A stretch of DNA of 63,354 nt, counting the filler, from Octopus bimaculoides (Eukaryota), in assembly GCF_001194135.2 (NCBI RefSeq). It is 7 parts of 6 records of this genome, joined end to end, with 100 filler letters (N's around TTAATTAATTAA, not from the genome) between each part and the next. Parts side by side here need not be neighbours in the genome. Positions count along the whole stretch, not along the records: positions 1 to 18,373 come from NC_068988.1; positions 18,474 to 35,737 come from NC_068981.1; 5 more parts are not named here. The stretch is one strand, 5' to 3'. A model generated the notes under the pieces. That model made no database searches, was not told the origin of the DNA, and worked only from the letters and a program-made list of their open reading frames with translations. Position 1 is the first letter of the stretch; every line of letters begins with the position of its first letter. Positions 12,382-25,287 of this stretch are shown one piece after another. The position numbers and the translations under genes were made by a program.

Positions 12382-12540
12382 GGTGCAGACGTGACCGTGA
12401 GGTGAAAAAAACCTTCCTTTCCACCCACATCGTTCCGAGTTCAGTCCCACTGCGTGGCACCTCGGCCCAAATGTCTTCTACTACAGCCTCGGGCCGACCA
12501 AATCCTTGTGAGTGGTTTTTGTAGACGGAATCTGATAGAC
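12382..12540 (+). mobile_element. SINE family A, 5' half
   Basis: GAGTTCAGTCCCACTGCGTGGCACC...GCCTCGGGCCGACCAAA...GTAGACGGAA. Confidence 0.85.
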
Positions 12541-12765
12541 CAGCCTCATACTGCCCAACAATACCACCTCTTTGAAAATCTAACACATCTGTGCTGAAGT
12601 TTTTGTGCGTGGTATGGTTACTCTTCGCAAATGTTTAATATAATGGCACCTGGAATGAAAACGAATAATTACATTGTAAATTCTACACTGCTGAAAACAT
12701 ATTAAGACGCTTAGATCAGAAATTTTGAAAATTAAAGGTGTCCATTTACTTCCTGCATGTCTATG
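12541..12765 (-). pseudogene. Tc1-like transposon left end with transposase N-terminus relic
   Basis: Minus strand reads (I/M)PRTKTSAQM, frameshift, LDFQRGGIVGQYEAGLS, matching the Tc1 'LSxFxRGxIVGxxEAGxS' motif; TIR-like ...GGAAGTAAATGGACACC after a TA; truncated at the SINE. Confidence 0.55.
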
Positions 12766-13255
12766 TATATATGTGTGTGTGTGTGTGTNNNNNNNNNNNN
12801 NNNNNNNNNNNNNNNNNNNNNNNNNNNNNNNNNNNNNNNNNNNNNNNNNNNNNNNNNNNNNNNNNNNNNNNNNNNNNNNNNNNNNNNNNNNNNNNNNNNN
12901 NNNNNNNNNNNNNNNNNNNNNNNNNNNNNNNNNNNNNNNNNNNNNNNNNNNNNNNNNNNNNNNNNNNNNNNNNNNNNNNNNNNNNNNNNNNNNNNNNNNN
13001 NNNNNNNNNNNNNNNNNNNNNNNNNNNNNNNNNNNNNNNNNNNNNNNNNNNNNNNNNNNNNNNNNNNNNNNNNNNNNNNNNNNNNNNNNNNNNNNNNNNN
13101 NNNNNNNNNNNNNNNNNNNNNNNNNNNNNNNNNNNNNNNNNNNNNNNNNNNNNNNNNNNNNNNNNNNNNNNNNNNNNNNNNNNNNNNNNNNNNNNNNNNN
13201 NNNNNNNNTATATATATATATATATATGATGAAATTAAGCATATCACTGTCTGTT

Positions 13256-13256
13256 C

Positions 13257-13328
<72 letters not shown>
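13256..13328. repeat. (AGAT)n microsatellite (similar tracts at 17122-17233, 32379-32431 and 46168-46282)
   Basis: Directly visible. Confidence 0.95.
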
Positions 13329-13330
<2 letters not shown>

Positions 13331-13544
13331 GGTACGTAGGTAGGTAGGTAGGTAGGTAGGAAGTAGATAGATAAATATAATTATTATTTATCTATTTATG
13401 TGTGTGTGTTTGCGCGTGTATATATATATTTATCATCTTATAAATTATATATACGTACGTTTTCATATAAAGTATCTTTTCTTAAAAGCGTCTGTTATCA
13501 TGATCAGTAGCAGCAGCAGCATCGTTATCATCATCATCATCATC

Positions 13545-13598
<54 letters not shown>

Positions 13599-13964
13599 GT
13601 TGTTGTTATTATTGCTTCTACTTGCGAAAGTATATTTAAACTTACAAACAACACAGCATGAAATTAGTAAAGAAAGAAAGCAAGCATTTGTAAGTACGAA
13701 ACTAATATCTCGTTCGGCCTCACCTACAGCTAACCACACACACAATTTCTATAAACCCTTCAAGATAAATAAATAAGAAGTTGTAATAGGTTTCTCTATT
13801 GAACAGTAAATTAATAGGAGTGGTACATTTGCTGCTTTATAAGCATTTTTCTAATTGGTCTTTATTTCTAATTTGAAAATTGTAAAGCAATTTATCGGAA
13901 CGTTATTCTCATTATTGCTTATTTGTACAGAATAACGATGAAGATGCTGGCGACGATTATAATA

Positions 13965-14157
13965 GGTTAGCACGCCGGACAAAATACATAGTAGTCTCTC
14001 ATCTGTCTTCGTGTTCTGAGTTCAAATTCTGCTAAGGTCGGATTTGCCTTTCATTCTTTCTGGGTCGATGAAATAGACAATAGTCGAGTACTGGGGTCGA
14101 TGTAATAGGCTTATCACTTCACCCGAGGCTGCTGGCTTTATACCAAAATTTGTATCG
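13965..14157 (+). mobile_element. SINE family B, 5'-truncated, tail type 3 ending in (ATT)n
   Basis: GTTAGCACGCCGG...GAGTTCAAATTC...GCCTTTCATTCTTTCTGGGTCGAT...CCAAAATTTG. Confidence 0.8.
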
Positions 14158-14179
14158 ATTATTATTACTTTTATTATTT

Positions 14180-15066
14180 AATGAAAACTCACAGCTTATT
14201 TTGCTTGGTATGATAGAAAGTGTCAGCTGCCCACAGCCAGTAGACATAGGCAACACTTGTTTACTAGTCATGCTTCAAGAACCCTGGGAAAAATTCTTGA
14301 AGTTCCAGGTAATGCTGATTTTTGTACGTGTTCTACCTACTCACTTGTACCAATGTTTTTGAACCATGTTGGTAGTTGAGTGCTGATACTTCCAAGTGTG
14401 CCAATTACTATTGGTATCATGTCTACTCTCTCCATTGACCACAATTTTCGTATGTCCCACCTCAAATCATCGTAGTTGTTCAGGTTTTCTTCTTTCTCCT
14501 TGATCCTGCAGTCACTGGGACATGTTATATCGATTATCATGCAAGTTCCTTCTTTTTTATTCACCATAACAACATCCGATTTCCGATGTCTGGTCAGGTG
14601 ATCGCACTGAATCATTGCATCCCACAGGATTTTACAATCCTCATTCACTGTGACCCCTGGGGTTTGCTCATACCATGTCTCTGTTCTTTGTATCACGTTG
14701 TGCCAATATCGGGCATTCGTTAAGAATGTGTCATACCGTTTCACCCCTCTCACTGCACATTCAGCATTTGCCGCTGTTAGTAGCTTTGTCGATATAAGGG
14801 CTTCACTTCTCCTCATCCACAGCCACCTGTCTTCTGTATCTGTTTTGGCGTTCTTATCTCTTGCAAACTGACCGTACATTTTTTTCCTTCCATGCTGTTT
14901 CATGTTTGTGTTTTTTTCGTCTTTAAGTTTTTCTGTCCCTAGTTTCAAAGACACCGGGCGTTTTCAATTTGTTTAATCCGTTCTCTATTAGGTAATTCTA
15001 TCCATGCTAGGGATTGTACCTTGCCTCGTTTGAGGCACATTATACCGCACTTCTTAAGTACGAATC
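14180..15066 (-). pseudogene. R4/Dong-clade non-LTR retrotransposon relic (post-RT region plus restriction-like endonuclease), internally deleted
   Basis: Minus-strand peptides KKCGIMCLKRGKV...IELPNRERIKQIE, KKMYGQF, ILWDAMIQCDHLTRHRKSDVVMVNKKEGTCMIIDITCP (PD-D type RLE), NYDDLRWDIRKLW, IPIVIGTLG and VQKSALPGTSRI. Confidence 0.88.
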
Positions 15067-15078
15067 ATTATTATTATT

Positions 15079-15240
15079 AAGGCGGCGAGCTGGCAGAATC
15101 GTTCAAACTCCTCCGAGGTCGAATTTACCTTTCATCCTTCCGGAGTCGATAAATTAAATACCAGTGACGCACTGGGGTCGATGTAATCGACTAGTTTCTT
15201 CCCCCAAAATATCAGGCCTTGTGCGTATAGTAGAAAGGAT
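15079..15240 (+). mobile_element. SINE family B, tail type 1, internally deleted
   Basis: AAGGCGGCGAGCTGGCAGAATCGTT...CCTTTCATCCTTCCGGAGTCGATAAATT...GTAGAAAGG followed by (ATT)n. Confidence 0.88.
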
Positions 15241-15245
15241 TATTA

Positions 15246-15306
<61 letters not shown>

Positions 15307-15390
15307 CATCATCATCATCATCATCATCATCATCTTCATCATCATCATCATCATCATCATCATTATCATCATCATCAGCAGCAGCAGCAG

Positions 15391-15462
<72 letters not shown>

Positions 15463-15470
15463 CATCATCA
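15238..15470. repeat. (ATT)n/(ATC)n/(AGC)n compound microsatellite
   Basis: Directly visible. Confidence 0.95.
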
Positions 15471-16064
15471 ATAATGTCATTATCAAGATGGCGTGCTGGG
15501 AGAAGCGTTAACAAGCCGGGGAAAAAGTTCGGAGGTGGAATTAAGAGTAATTGTGGCAAGCAGATGGCCGAGAGGGTATGTCTCAGGGAAATGTCGGCCA
15601 TCGCAGTGCTTCTATTCGCACAACTAAAACAAGAAAGAGGGAAGCGGGACCGATTGTTGCGGACGCCATTACTGCAACAACGAGAGAGTGCAACAAGAGA
15701 ATTAGTAGCCATAAAAGCAGCAGGGAATAAAGCGAACTAAAATAACAGCATCAGGAACACCACCACCACCACCACCACCACCACCAACGACAACAATAGC
15801 AACAACGACGACGCCAACGCCAACACCTACATCCACAAGAGAACTTGTGGAGATGGTAACAGCTGTAGCACCAACAACATCAACATCGCGTTCGACAGCA
15901 GTAGCTAAAGTGGTGGCGAAAAATAATGAATATAACAAAATAATCTCCATACGGAATATATCCCTACCTTGGATAGACATAGCTGTATACTCTGGCTCTT
16001 TAAATTCTCCACTTATTTGACAAATATAATGGAGTCCTTACTTCATTGATATTGTCATAACAGC

Positions 16065-16279
16065 AAGGTGGCGAGCTGGCAGAACCGTTAGCACACCAGG
16101 CGAAATGCTTAGCAGAATTTCGTCTGTCTTTACGGTCTGAGTTCAAATTCCGCCGAAGTCGACTTTACCATTCATCCTTTCGGGGGCGATAAATTAAGTA
16201 CCAGTTGCGTACTGGAGTTGATCTAATCGACTACCCGCCTTCCGTAAAATTTCGGGCCTTTCTGCCTAGAGTAGAAATC
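16065..16279 (+). mobile_element. SINE family B, tail type 1, full length with a perfect 17-bp TSD
   Basis: TSD GATATTGTCATAACAGC at 16048-16064 and 16280-16296. Confidence 0.95.
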
Positions 16280-17125
16280 GATATTGTCATAACAGCTCTG
16301 AAGCGTGATTATACAAGTTGTATCCTGTATGTAAGTTAATTTCATCAATATTAGTCCAAATTAGATTAATACATCTACTTCCCTTCTCCACAGCATAATT
16401 ACCTCTACAAAGCTTATAATTCTCTTCTGCTTTCAATACTTTTTAACTAACACTAATTTATTTATAACACTTTCTCTTGCTTGTACGATAGCGTTTAAAC
16501 GTAGACATTCTTTGATTCTTTCTAATTTAATTCCCCTACATCATTTTACATTTGCTTGGCGATACTCACTTCATTATTTTAGCAACTACGTTTAAGTTTA
16601 TATTTTTCCTTAAGAGGAACAACAAGGCAGAAACGTGTCCAGTATTATCCCCTCATGTAATCTGAGCAGCTCAAAACTATATTATAAGAATAATGTTATT
16701 TAATTTTGGCTGCATTTTGTTTCTCACTAGACATTTTTTTTAGATGTTTCTAGTTAAATTTTTCATACTTCTTGCATTAGATATCACAGATTTTTTTTCT
16801 TTTTCATGCTTCTTCCATTAAATATTGTACTGGCTTAACTATTGTTACACTCATCAACTTCATTCAGACCCTTCCAATGTACTTCACGTGTCTACGACAA
16901 AGAAGTACTATCACCATGTTAGAAGAACTTATCTTATTTTACAAATCTCATTTTCTAAAATTTTTCGCTCATGTCTCCACATTCACTTAATAAAAATAGA
17001 AAATGGCTTCTCAGATTCATTGTTATAGGCAGACACATAGACACACGCAACCACACATGCGCAGACGAGTAGGTATACATTGGAATATGTAACGTATATG
17101 TATGTACGTATGTATGTACATAGAT

Positions 17126-17187
<62 letters not shown>

Positions 17188-17193
17188 TGATTA

Positions 17194-17234
<41 letters not shown>

Positions 17235-17804
17235 GTTATATAGACATATATAGATATATAGGCGTGTGTGTGTGTGTATGCATGTACCCTTCTGTATGTC
17301 TATGTTTGTTAGTATGTATGTATGCACGAACACTTCGTTTTTCAGTTCACATATTCTTCATCAATATAGACATATGCACTAGCGCAGACAACAGTCTGTC
17401 TCTCTATCTATCTATCTATCTAGCTATCTAGCTNNNNNNNNNNNNNNNNNNNNNNNNNNNNNNNNNNNNNNNNNNNNNNNNNNNNNNNNNNNNNNNNNNN
17501 NNNNNNNNNNNNNNNNNNNNNNNNNNNNNNNNNNNNNNNNNNNNNNNNNNNNNNNNNNNNNNNNNNNNNNNNNNNNNNNNNNNNNNNNNNNNNNNNNNNN
17601 NNNNNNNNNNNNNNNNNNNNNNNNNNNNNNNNNNNNNNNNNNNNNNNNNNNNNNNNNNNNNNNNNNNNNNNNNNNNNNNNNNNNNNNNNNNNNNNNNNNN
17701 NNNNNNNNNNNNNNNNNNNNNNNNNNNNNNNNNNNNNNNNNNNNNNNNNNNNNNNNNNNNNNNNNNNNNNNNNNNNNNNNNNNNNNNNNNNNNNNNNNNN
17801 NNNN

Positions 17805-17845
<41 letters not shown>

Positions 17846-18339
17846 TGTGTGTACATGCGTTTGCATGTCTGTGCCTGTGTGTAAGTATGTGTATATCGTG
17901 TATGTGTATGCACATGTGAATGTATGTATCTACAATAAAATATTTGTGTGCACGTTATATATATACTTTTTTTCTATATATGGTTATTATATAAATGTGT
18001 GTGTGTGTATATATATACACAATTAATCATGCATTTATGTGTCTATATATATCTGCATATACGCATACATGCATATATATGTATATGCATATATATTTAT
18101 ATATATCTGTGTGTGTGTGTGTGTGAGCGTGTGTGAGCGTGTGTGTGTGTGTGTGTGTGTATGAGTGTAATTGCGGTATATTCTGTTAAAAATGTAGTGG
18201 AGTACAGTATACCTTCAGATTTCACCCGTGTTAGCCAGTAGTAGTATTGTACGAACTTCCTGCACGTCTGGAAACTATGTTACGCAGAAACAATTGTAGT
18301 GATTGTAAATAAATGTCGAACCATACTCCAAACGTTTTC

Positions 18340-18373
<34 letters not shown>

Positions 18374-18473
18374 NNNNNNNNNNNNNNNNNNNNNNNNNNN
18401 NNNNNNNNNNNNNNNNNTTAATTAATTAANNNNNNNNNNNNNNNNNNNNNNNNNNNNNNNNNNNNNNNNNNNN
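18374..18473. other. Artificial 100-bp assembly linker 44N-TTAATTAATTAA-44N (also centred at 35782, 40889, 45836, 57051 and 61262)
   Basis: The identical 12-mer sits in the middle of the N block six times and contains stop codons in all six frames. Confidence 0.92.
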
Positions 18474-18519
<46 letters not shown>

Positions 18520-18889
18520 TATATATATATATACGTATGCATATATGAATATATATATATATTATTTATATTATTATATGATTGAACGCCATGCATCTTC
18601 TTCCAAGTAAGTTTTATATATTTATATACATATATATATATGTTATACAAACATATATATATACATATACATAAATATATACACACATATATATACATAT
18701 ATATACGTACATATATATGCGAGTAAATTTGTGCGTATATGTATGTGTGTGTATACACAGACACATTATGCTCCATGAATGTGTATGCAATCTGTTGGCT
18801 GTTTGTAGCACACTTATTGAATACTACTGTTCAAAATCAATTACACACACACTCTATATACACGGACATACACGCACGTTCATACGCAT

Positions 18890-18937
<48 letters not shown>

Positions 18938-19169
18938 GAAGCATTTGCGCTCAACTCAAATAAACAACAAACATCTTGGGCTTCCTTAACAAATACCGAA
19001 AACTCTATCGATTTTGATTCCATATTGGACATCTCTGCTGAAGATGCTTGGTTCTACGCAATGGGAGATGCAAGATGCAGTCTTTAAAATAGCATTCCAA
19101 CTTTTGCATTACATATTCTATTCGATATTTCTACAGATTTTTGCTGTTTATTGTAAATGTAAATATCAT

Positions 19170-19788
<619 letters not shown>

Positions 19789-20288
19789 AAGTCTGTGCTT
19801 GTTATGAAATGAATATAATATCGAAAAGACTGTTGTTTATTCTGTTTACATGCTGTATTACTGCTGCTGCTGCTGCTGCTGGGTTGGCAGGTTGTAGTTG
19901 TTTGTTCTTTGTTGTTTTTGTTTTGTTTGTTTTGCTGATGCTGTTAATGTTGCTGTTGCGGTTGTTGCTGCTGTTATTGTTGTTGTTAAGGATTAAGAGA
20001 TGATGGCGATAACGATGACGACGGTAAATATGGGGTTGATTATGGCGACCAAGGTTGAGAGGAAAGGGAGAAACTTGTTGTGTCAGGAAATGGCAATCTT
20101 GTTTGGAGAAACAATGATATCATTGACTGTAGACATGCTGCTGGTCATCGTGGTCAACCACAATATGCTGTTGTGGGTTTTTTATGGTGATGGCTGCAAA
20201 GAAAGGTGGTGTTAGCTAATGCGATTTTAAAACAGTAACATGTGTGTGCTGATTCTAAGTGGAAGCATGGATTTTAGAATTAGAAAAA

Positions 20289-20470
<182 letters not shown>

Positions 20471-21330
20471 AGAAACGGCAGCAGTAGCAGAGTCGGCTGC
20501 GTTATGAAAGTATCGAAACAAAATTGCGAAAGTGCCTTTACTTAATTTATATAAATCAAAGCCATCACTGTTTATTTATCACGGTACACAAATATATATC
20601 TAACCAAGTTATTTCCAAAGCTGGTGATGTCCTTCTAGTTTTAGGTTTGTTCCAAATCAATATAGCTGCACTATGAATTAGTGTTATTTACTCACAGTTT
20701 AATCATATTAAATCAAAACTTATTATGTCCCTCTTTAATACGTAATTCGTTCTTTTTAATTTTCGTTTTTTTTTTGTTTTTTTTTTTCCAACATAGTTGT
20801 TGAGATAAGAGTGTTAAGAGTTTGTTGATACTTTTTTGCTTCATTTTCGTAATTTTTTTTTTAGTAATTCTAACTCAAACAATTCTAGATGTAATTAGGG
20901 AAAGTAATTGCCTATCATATATTTATATTTCATTTTTTTTTATGTTATAGTTAGTTGCGCTGTTTCTGTTTTTGTTATTGTAGTTGTTTTTTCTGTAAAT
21001 TTCCTAATCGTATTTTTTTGTTCTTTTAGATCGTCTTTGGACATCATATATNNNNNNNNNNNNNNNNNNNNNNNNNNNNNNNNNNNNNNNNNNNNNNNNN
21101 NNNNNNNNNNNNNNNNNNNNNNNNNNNNNNNNNNNNNNNNNNNNNNNNNNNNNNNNNNNNNNNNNNNNNNNNNNNNNNNNNNNNNNNNNNNNNNNNNNNN
21201 NNNNNNNNNNNNNNNNNNNNNNNNNNNNNNNNNNNNNNNNNNNNNNNNNNNNNNNNNNNNNNNNNNNNNNNNNNNNNNNNNNNNNNNNNNNNNNNNNNNN
21301 NNNNNNNNNNNNNNNNNNNNNNNNNNNNNN

Positions 21331-21373
<43 letters not shown>

Positions 21374-21376
<3 letters not shown>

Positions 21377-21536
21377 GACAGGCTTCTTTCAGTTTGTGTC
21401 TACCAAATCCACTCATTAGGCTTCTTTGGTCGGCCCGAGATTATAGTAGAAGACACTTGCCCAAGGTCCCACTTCGTGGGACTGAACCCGGAACCATATG
21501 ATTGGTTAGCAAGCTACTTACCACGCAGCCACTCTT
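21374..21536 (-). mobile_element. SINE family A, 5' half
   Basis: GGCTTCTTTCAGTTT...GTAGAAGACACTTGCCCAAGG...GGGACTGAACCCGGAACC...TTACCACGCAGCCACTC. Confidence 0.9.
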
Positions 21537-21940
21537 GATCTATATTAATGAAACATTTTTCCTTAATTTAACACAGGTGGAATGTAGACATTCCGGTGCG
21601 TATCTGGTAACGTAATCGTCCGAAATGCATTAAGTATTAGGTTCAAGTCCTCTTGAATGGTCTACGGTGGTATTTACAATAGCTTATATCATTAATCAGT
21701 TACAGCTAAACCATACTCATAAATTTATAATATAGGCATGTGCACATATGTCTTTTATATATATATATATATATAGTATGTATATGTTTTCAAGTAGCAA
21801 TAACCACTCTTCCGATAATTCTCATAGTACCACCTGTGTGTGTGAGGGGAGGGGTGTTTGTGCTAAATTACTCATCAAGCATTGGCCTGTCCATTTTGGT
21901 ATTCAATTATCAACTTCCAGCAAAAGCATTTTTTTTTTTT

Positions 21941-22452
21941 GAGAATCCACCGACTTTCAACGAAGTAAGAATCCCGTCAAGCAAACTTAAAACTGGAAAA
22001 GCTGACGTTGAACATACCTAAGAAACACACTTAAATTATTGGGATTTAGATTCTAGAACTTCTAGAACATCTGCACAATCTTGTACATAATTTGTGGAAA
22101 AATTTGCTTTGTTGACGATATTTTTGAATGAAAAATATTGCAAAGACCTAACCTGTAATTCTCGAGTCATTTCTTTTCTCGCTGTTATTGGCAAAATATT
22201 GAGCAGAATTATTCTTGATGGGCTCATTCAACACGTTAGAATATCTCTTCTAAGTTTTCACGCTAGACGAGGAACCGATAACATGATATTTTCCGCTCAT
22301 TAAATACAAGAGGAATGTATTGCGCAGAGATTTGCTTGATTGATTTCACTAAAGCCTTTGATTCGCCGAACTGGAATGCGTTATGGGTAGTTGTCAGAAT
22401 AGTTTGTTGCCCAGATAAATTCACAAGTATTATCAAGTCCTTTCATGATGAT
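21941..22452 (+). pseudogene. RTE (BovB-like) LINE reverse-transcriptase relic
   Basis: Peptides PPTFNEVRIPSSKLKTGKA, CNSRVISFLAVIGKILSRIILDGL, FHARRGTDNMIF and LIDFTKAFDS...CPDKFTSIIKSFHDD follow RTE RT motifs in order, with stops and frameshifts. Confidence 0.88.
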
Positions 22453-22670
22453 ATACATATACAGAAAGTACAAGTATATGTACATATATATATATATGTA
22501 TATGTACGTATGTTTATATGTACAGATATAAATAATATGGATCTTCGTGGTTTTCGTCACGTTTGCAATTTTGCTCCGACTGTTTTCAAATTTGGTAAAT
22601 GGATTAAACTTTGTATCCTTTTAAAGGCTTAAGTTTTAAGGTATTAAAATTTGCAAAATTTGGGTATTTT

Positions 22671-22815
22671 AGCCAATCAGAAGCGAGTAGTTTACACATA
22701 ACCGTGGTGAAGAACTCTATTTCCCTAGTAAACAAGGCAAAGAAGCAGCACGTGTTGCATAGCTGATTGCGAAGAACTCTGTTTCCATAGTGACCAAAGA
22801 TGTTGCGCATGCGCA
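22671..22815. promoter_or_regulatory. Cluster of CCAAT, E-box, two X-box-like and NRF1-like motifs
   Basis: AGCCAATCAG 22671, CACGTG 22749, GTTTCCATAGTGAC 22781, TGCGCATGCGCA 22804; motif matches only. Confidence 0.35.
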
Positions 22816-23704
22816 CAAGGAGTGTAGCCATCATGTGTTCTATAATTGCTTATTTTCATGACAGAAGGAATTCGATTCTAGAACGATGGCCATATATATA
22901 TATATANNNNNNNNNNNNNNNNNNNNNNNNNNNNNNNNNNNNNNNNNNNNNNNNNNNNNNNNNNNNNNNNNNNNNNNNNNNNNNNNNNNNNNNNNNNNNN
23001 NNNNNNNNNNNNNNNNNNNNNNNNNNNNNNNNNNNNNNNNNNNNNNNNNNNNNNNNNNNNNNNNNNNNNNNNNNNNNNNNNNNNNNNNNNNNGTTCGGAC
23101 TGTCTTTGCACAGGGGCCATCTGGACTGCGTGAACAGGAATTAATCTTCTCTTTTCGCTCCTTTGCGCCATATGGGCTCAACTCCCCTCCTCTCTTCGTC
23201 TGATACCTACTTCCTCTCTTCACTCCTACCCACTCCTCTCTTCATTGATACCACCCCACCACTATACACACACCCCACACATTCACCCACACACATACTA
23301 CCCCCACACACACACCACACTACAGCACTCCACACACTAGCACTGACCACTTCCTAGCACCCACACCACACACCATCATCCACACACCTACACACAATCT
23401 TCAATAGCATTACCACACATACCACTATATAATCAGCCACACGTTACAGACGTACTCATTTACACACGCACACACCCACACACGTCAAAGTCACTAGCCC
23501 TATTCACACACACACACACTTCCATATTCACACACACCATTCTCACATACACACATACGCACGCGCACCTTCATATAGGATCACCATCACTTTATTATCT
23601 CCTTTTCTTCCAGCCTCTTCTTTCAAACTTTTTTCTAATTAGTCGCCATGCTTGACCGCTAAATCTACAGGTTTTTCATTCTCTCTGTTTATTTTCTCTC
23701 ATTC

Positions 23705-23740
23705 CTTTCTGTTGAAGTGCGTAGGCTCGAAACGTAAAAG
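23705..23740 (+). ncRNA. Minimal type I hammerhead-ribozyme-like fold (Penelope type), variant core
   Basis: CTTT-CTGTTGA-A-GTGC-GTAG-GCTC-GAAA-CG-TA-AAAG: stem I 4 bp, stem II 3 of 4 bp, palindromic ACGT stem III; core position 6 is U rather than A. Confidence 0.6.
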
Positions 23741-24790
23741 ACTTTTTCATTTTCTTGAGCGTCAAACTAATACACCTGCTTGTTGTTCATACACCTGTCT
23801 TCGTCTTTTGTTTTTCTATAAATTTCAACTATATATATATATATATATATNNNNNNNNNNNNNNNNNNNNNNNNNNNNNNNNNNNNNNNNNNNNNNNNNN
23901 NNNNNNNNNNNNNNNNNNNNNNNNNNNNNNNNNNNNNNNNNNNNNNNNNNNNNNNNNNNNNNNNNNNNNNNNNNNNNNNNNNNNNNNNNNNNNNNNNNNN
24001 NNNNNNNNNNNNNNNNNNNNNNNNNNNNNNNNNNNNNNNNNNNNNNNGATATATATATAAAGAAAATCTCATAGATATGAATAAGCCCTTTAAATAGTCA
24101 ACTTGCAACCACTCAAGGACACACGAACTAAATTAATAATAAATCTTAGACACCCGAGAGAATAAATGTCTAGTAGACACATAAATGCTGTCTTACTATC
24201 AGTGGTCTTGAGAGACGTATGTCTGTAGACAAGCCTAATTTCAAGATTCCGCATTACATTTAGCTGAGAAGAAGCATTTATGTGATAGCTGCTTTAAGAG
24301 ATGCAGATCTTCTGCTGAACTAAACAGTTGCTGCCGGTTATTACTGAGCCAACTTATATCTGCATGAACGAATGGGTAGTTGGATGGATACATGTATACA
24401 TACATGTATTGAAGTATGGATGCAGACATGAGCGACTGATTAATGAGTTTGCATTGCAATAATGAAATCCTGAGTTGAACCCATACCATTTAAATAAAGT
24501 TTTTATTACGATAGTTCAGTTCGACTCAAGCCTTGTGAATGATACCGAGTAAAGAGGAACAATGTGGACATATGCTGGATGGATTCAAGAAGCCAGGTCT
24601 TGTCATACTGTGTTGGGCTGGTTGTGACTAAAGGATAGCGCAATGTGTTTACTTGTCTATGGAATATTCAGCTTTCTCTAAAATTTAAGATGTAGAGAGA
24701 TCGGTTGATCAAACTGAAATACTCATCTTAGAAACTGACGGAGAATACGCTTATGTATGTATGTAAACTCTCTCTCTCTCTATCTCTCTC

Positions 24791-24826
<36 letters not shown>

Positions 24827-25255
24827 NNNNNNNNNNNNNNNNNNNNNNNNNNNNNNNNNNNNNNNNNNNNNNNNNNNNNNNNNNNNNNNNNNNNNNNNNN
24901 NNNNNNNNNNNNNNNNNNNNNNNNNNNNNNNNNNNNNNNNNNNNNNNNNNNNNNNNNNNNNNNNNNNNNNNNNNNNNNNNNNNNNNNNNNNNNNNNNNNN
25001 NNNNNNNNNNNNNNNNNNNNNNNNNNNNNNNNNNNNNNNNNNNNNNNNNNNNNNNNNNNNNNNNNNNNNNNNNNNNNNNNNNNNNNNNNNNNNNNNNNNN
25101 NNNNNNNNNNNNNNNNNNNNNNNNNNNNNNNNNNNNNNNNNNNNNNNNNNNNNNNNNNNNNNNNNNNNNNNNNNNNNNNNNNNNNNNNNNNNNNNNNNNN
25201 NNNNNNNNNNNNNNNNNNNNNNNNNNNNNNNNNNNNNNNNNNNNNNNNNNNNNNN

Positions 25256-25287
<32 letters not shown>

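Noticed and set aside
18418-18429. TTAATTAATTAA as a biological motif (homeodomain or piggyBac site)
   Set aside because: It recurs centred in fixed-length N blocks, so it is an assembly linker.
20000-20215. Complex-looking stretch as a coding exon
   Set aside because: All three plus-strand frames give unrecognisable peptides and no convincing splice pair was found.
21605-21640. CTGGTAA-CGTAATCG-TCC-GAAA-TGCA as another decayed hammerhead (similar weak case at about 45200-45230)
   Set aside because: It needs several core substitutions and stem I fails; I cannot distinguish it from chance by eye.
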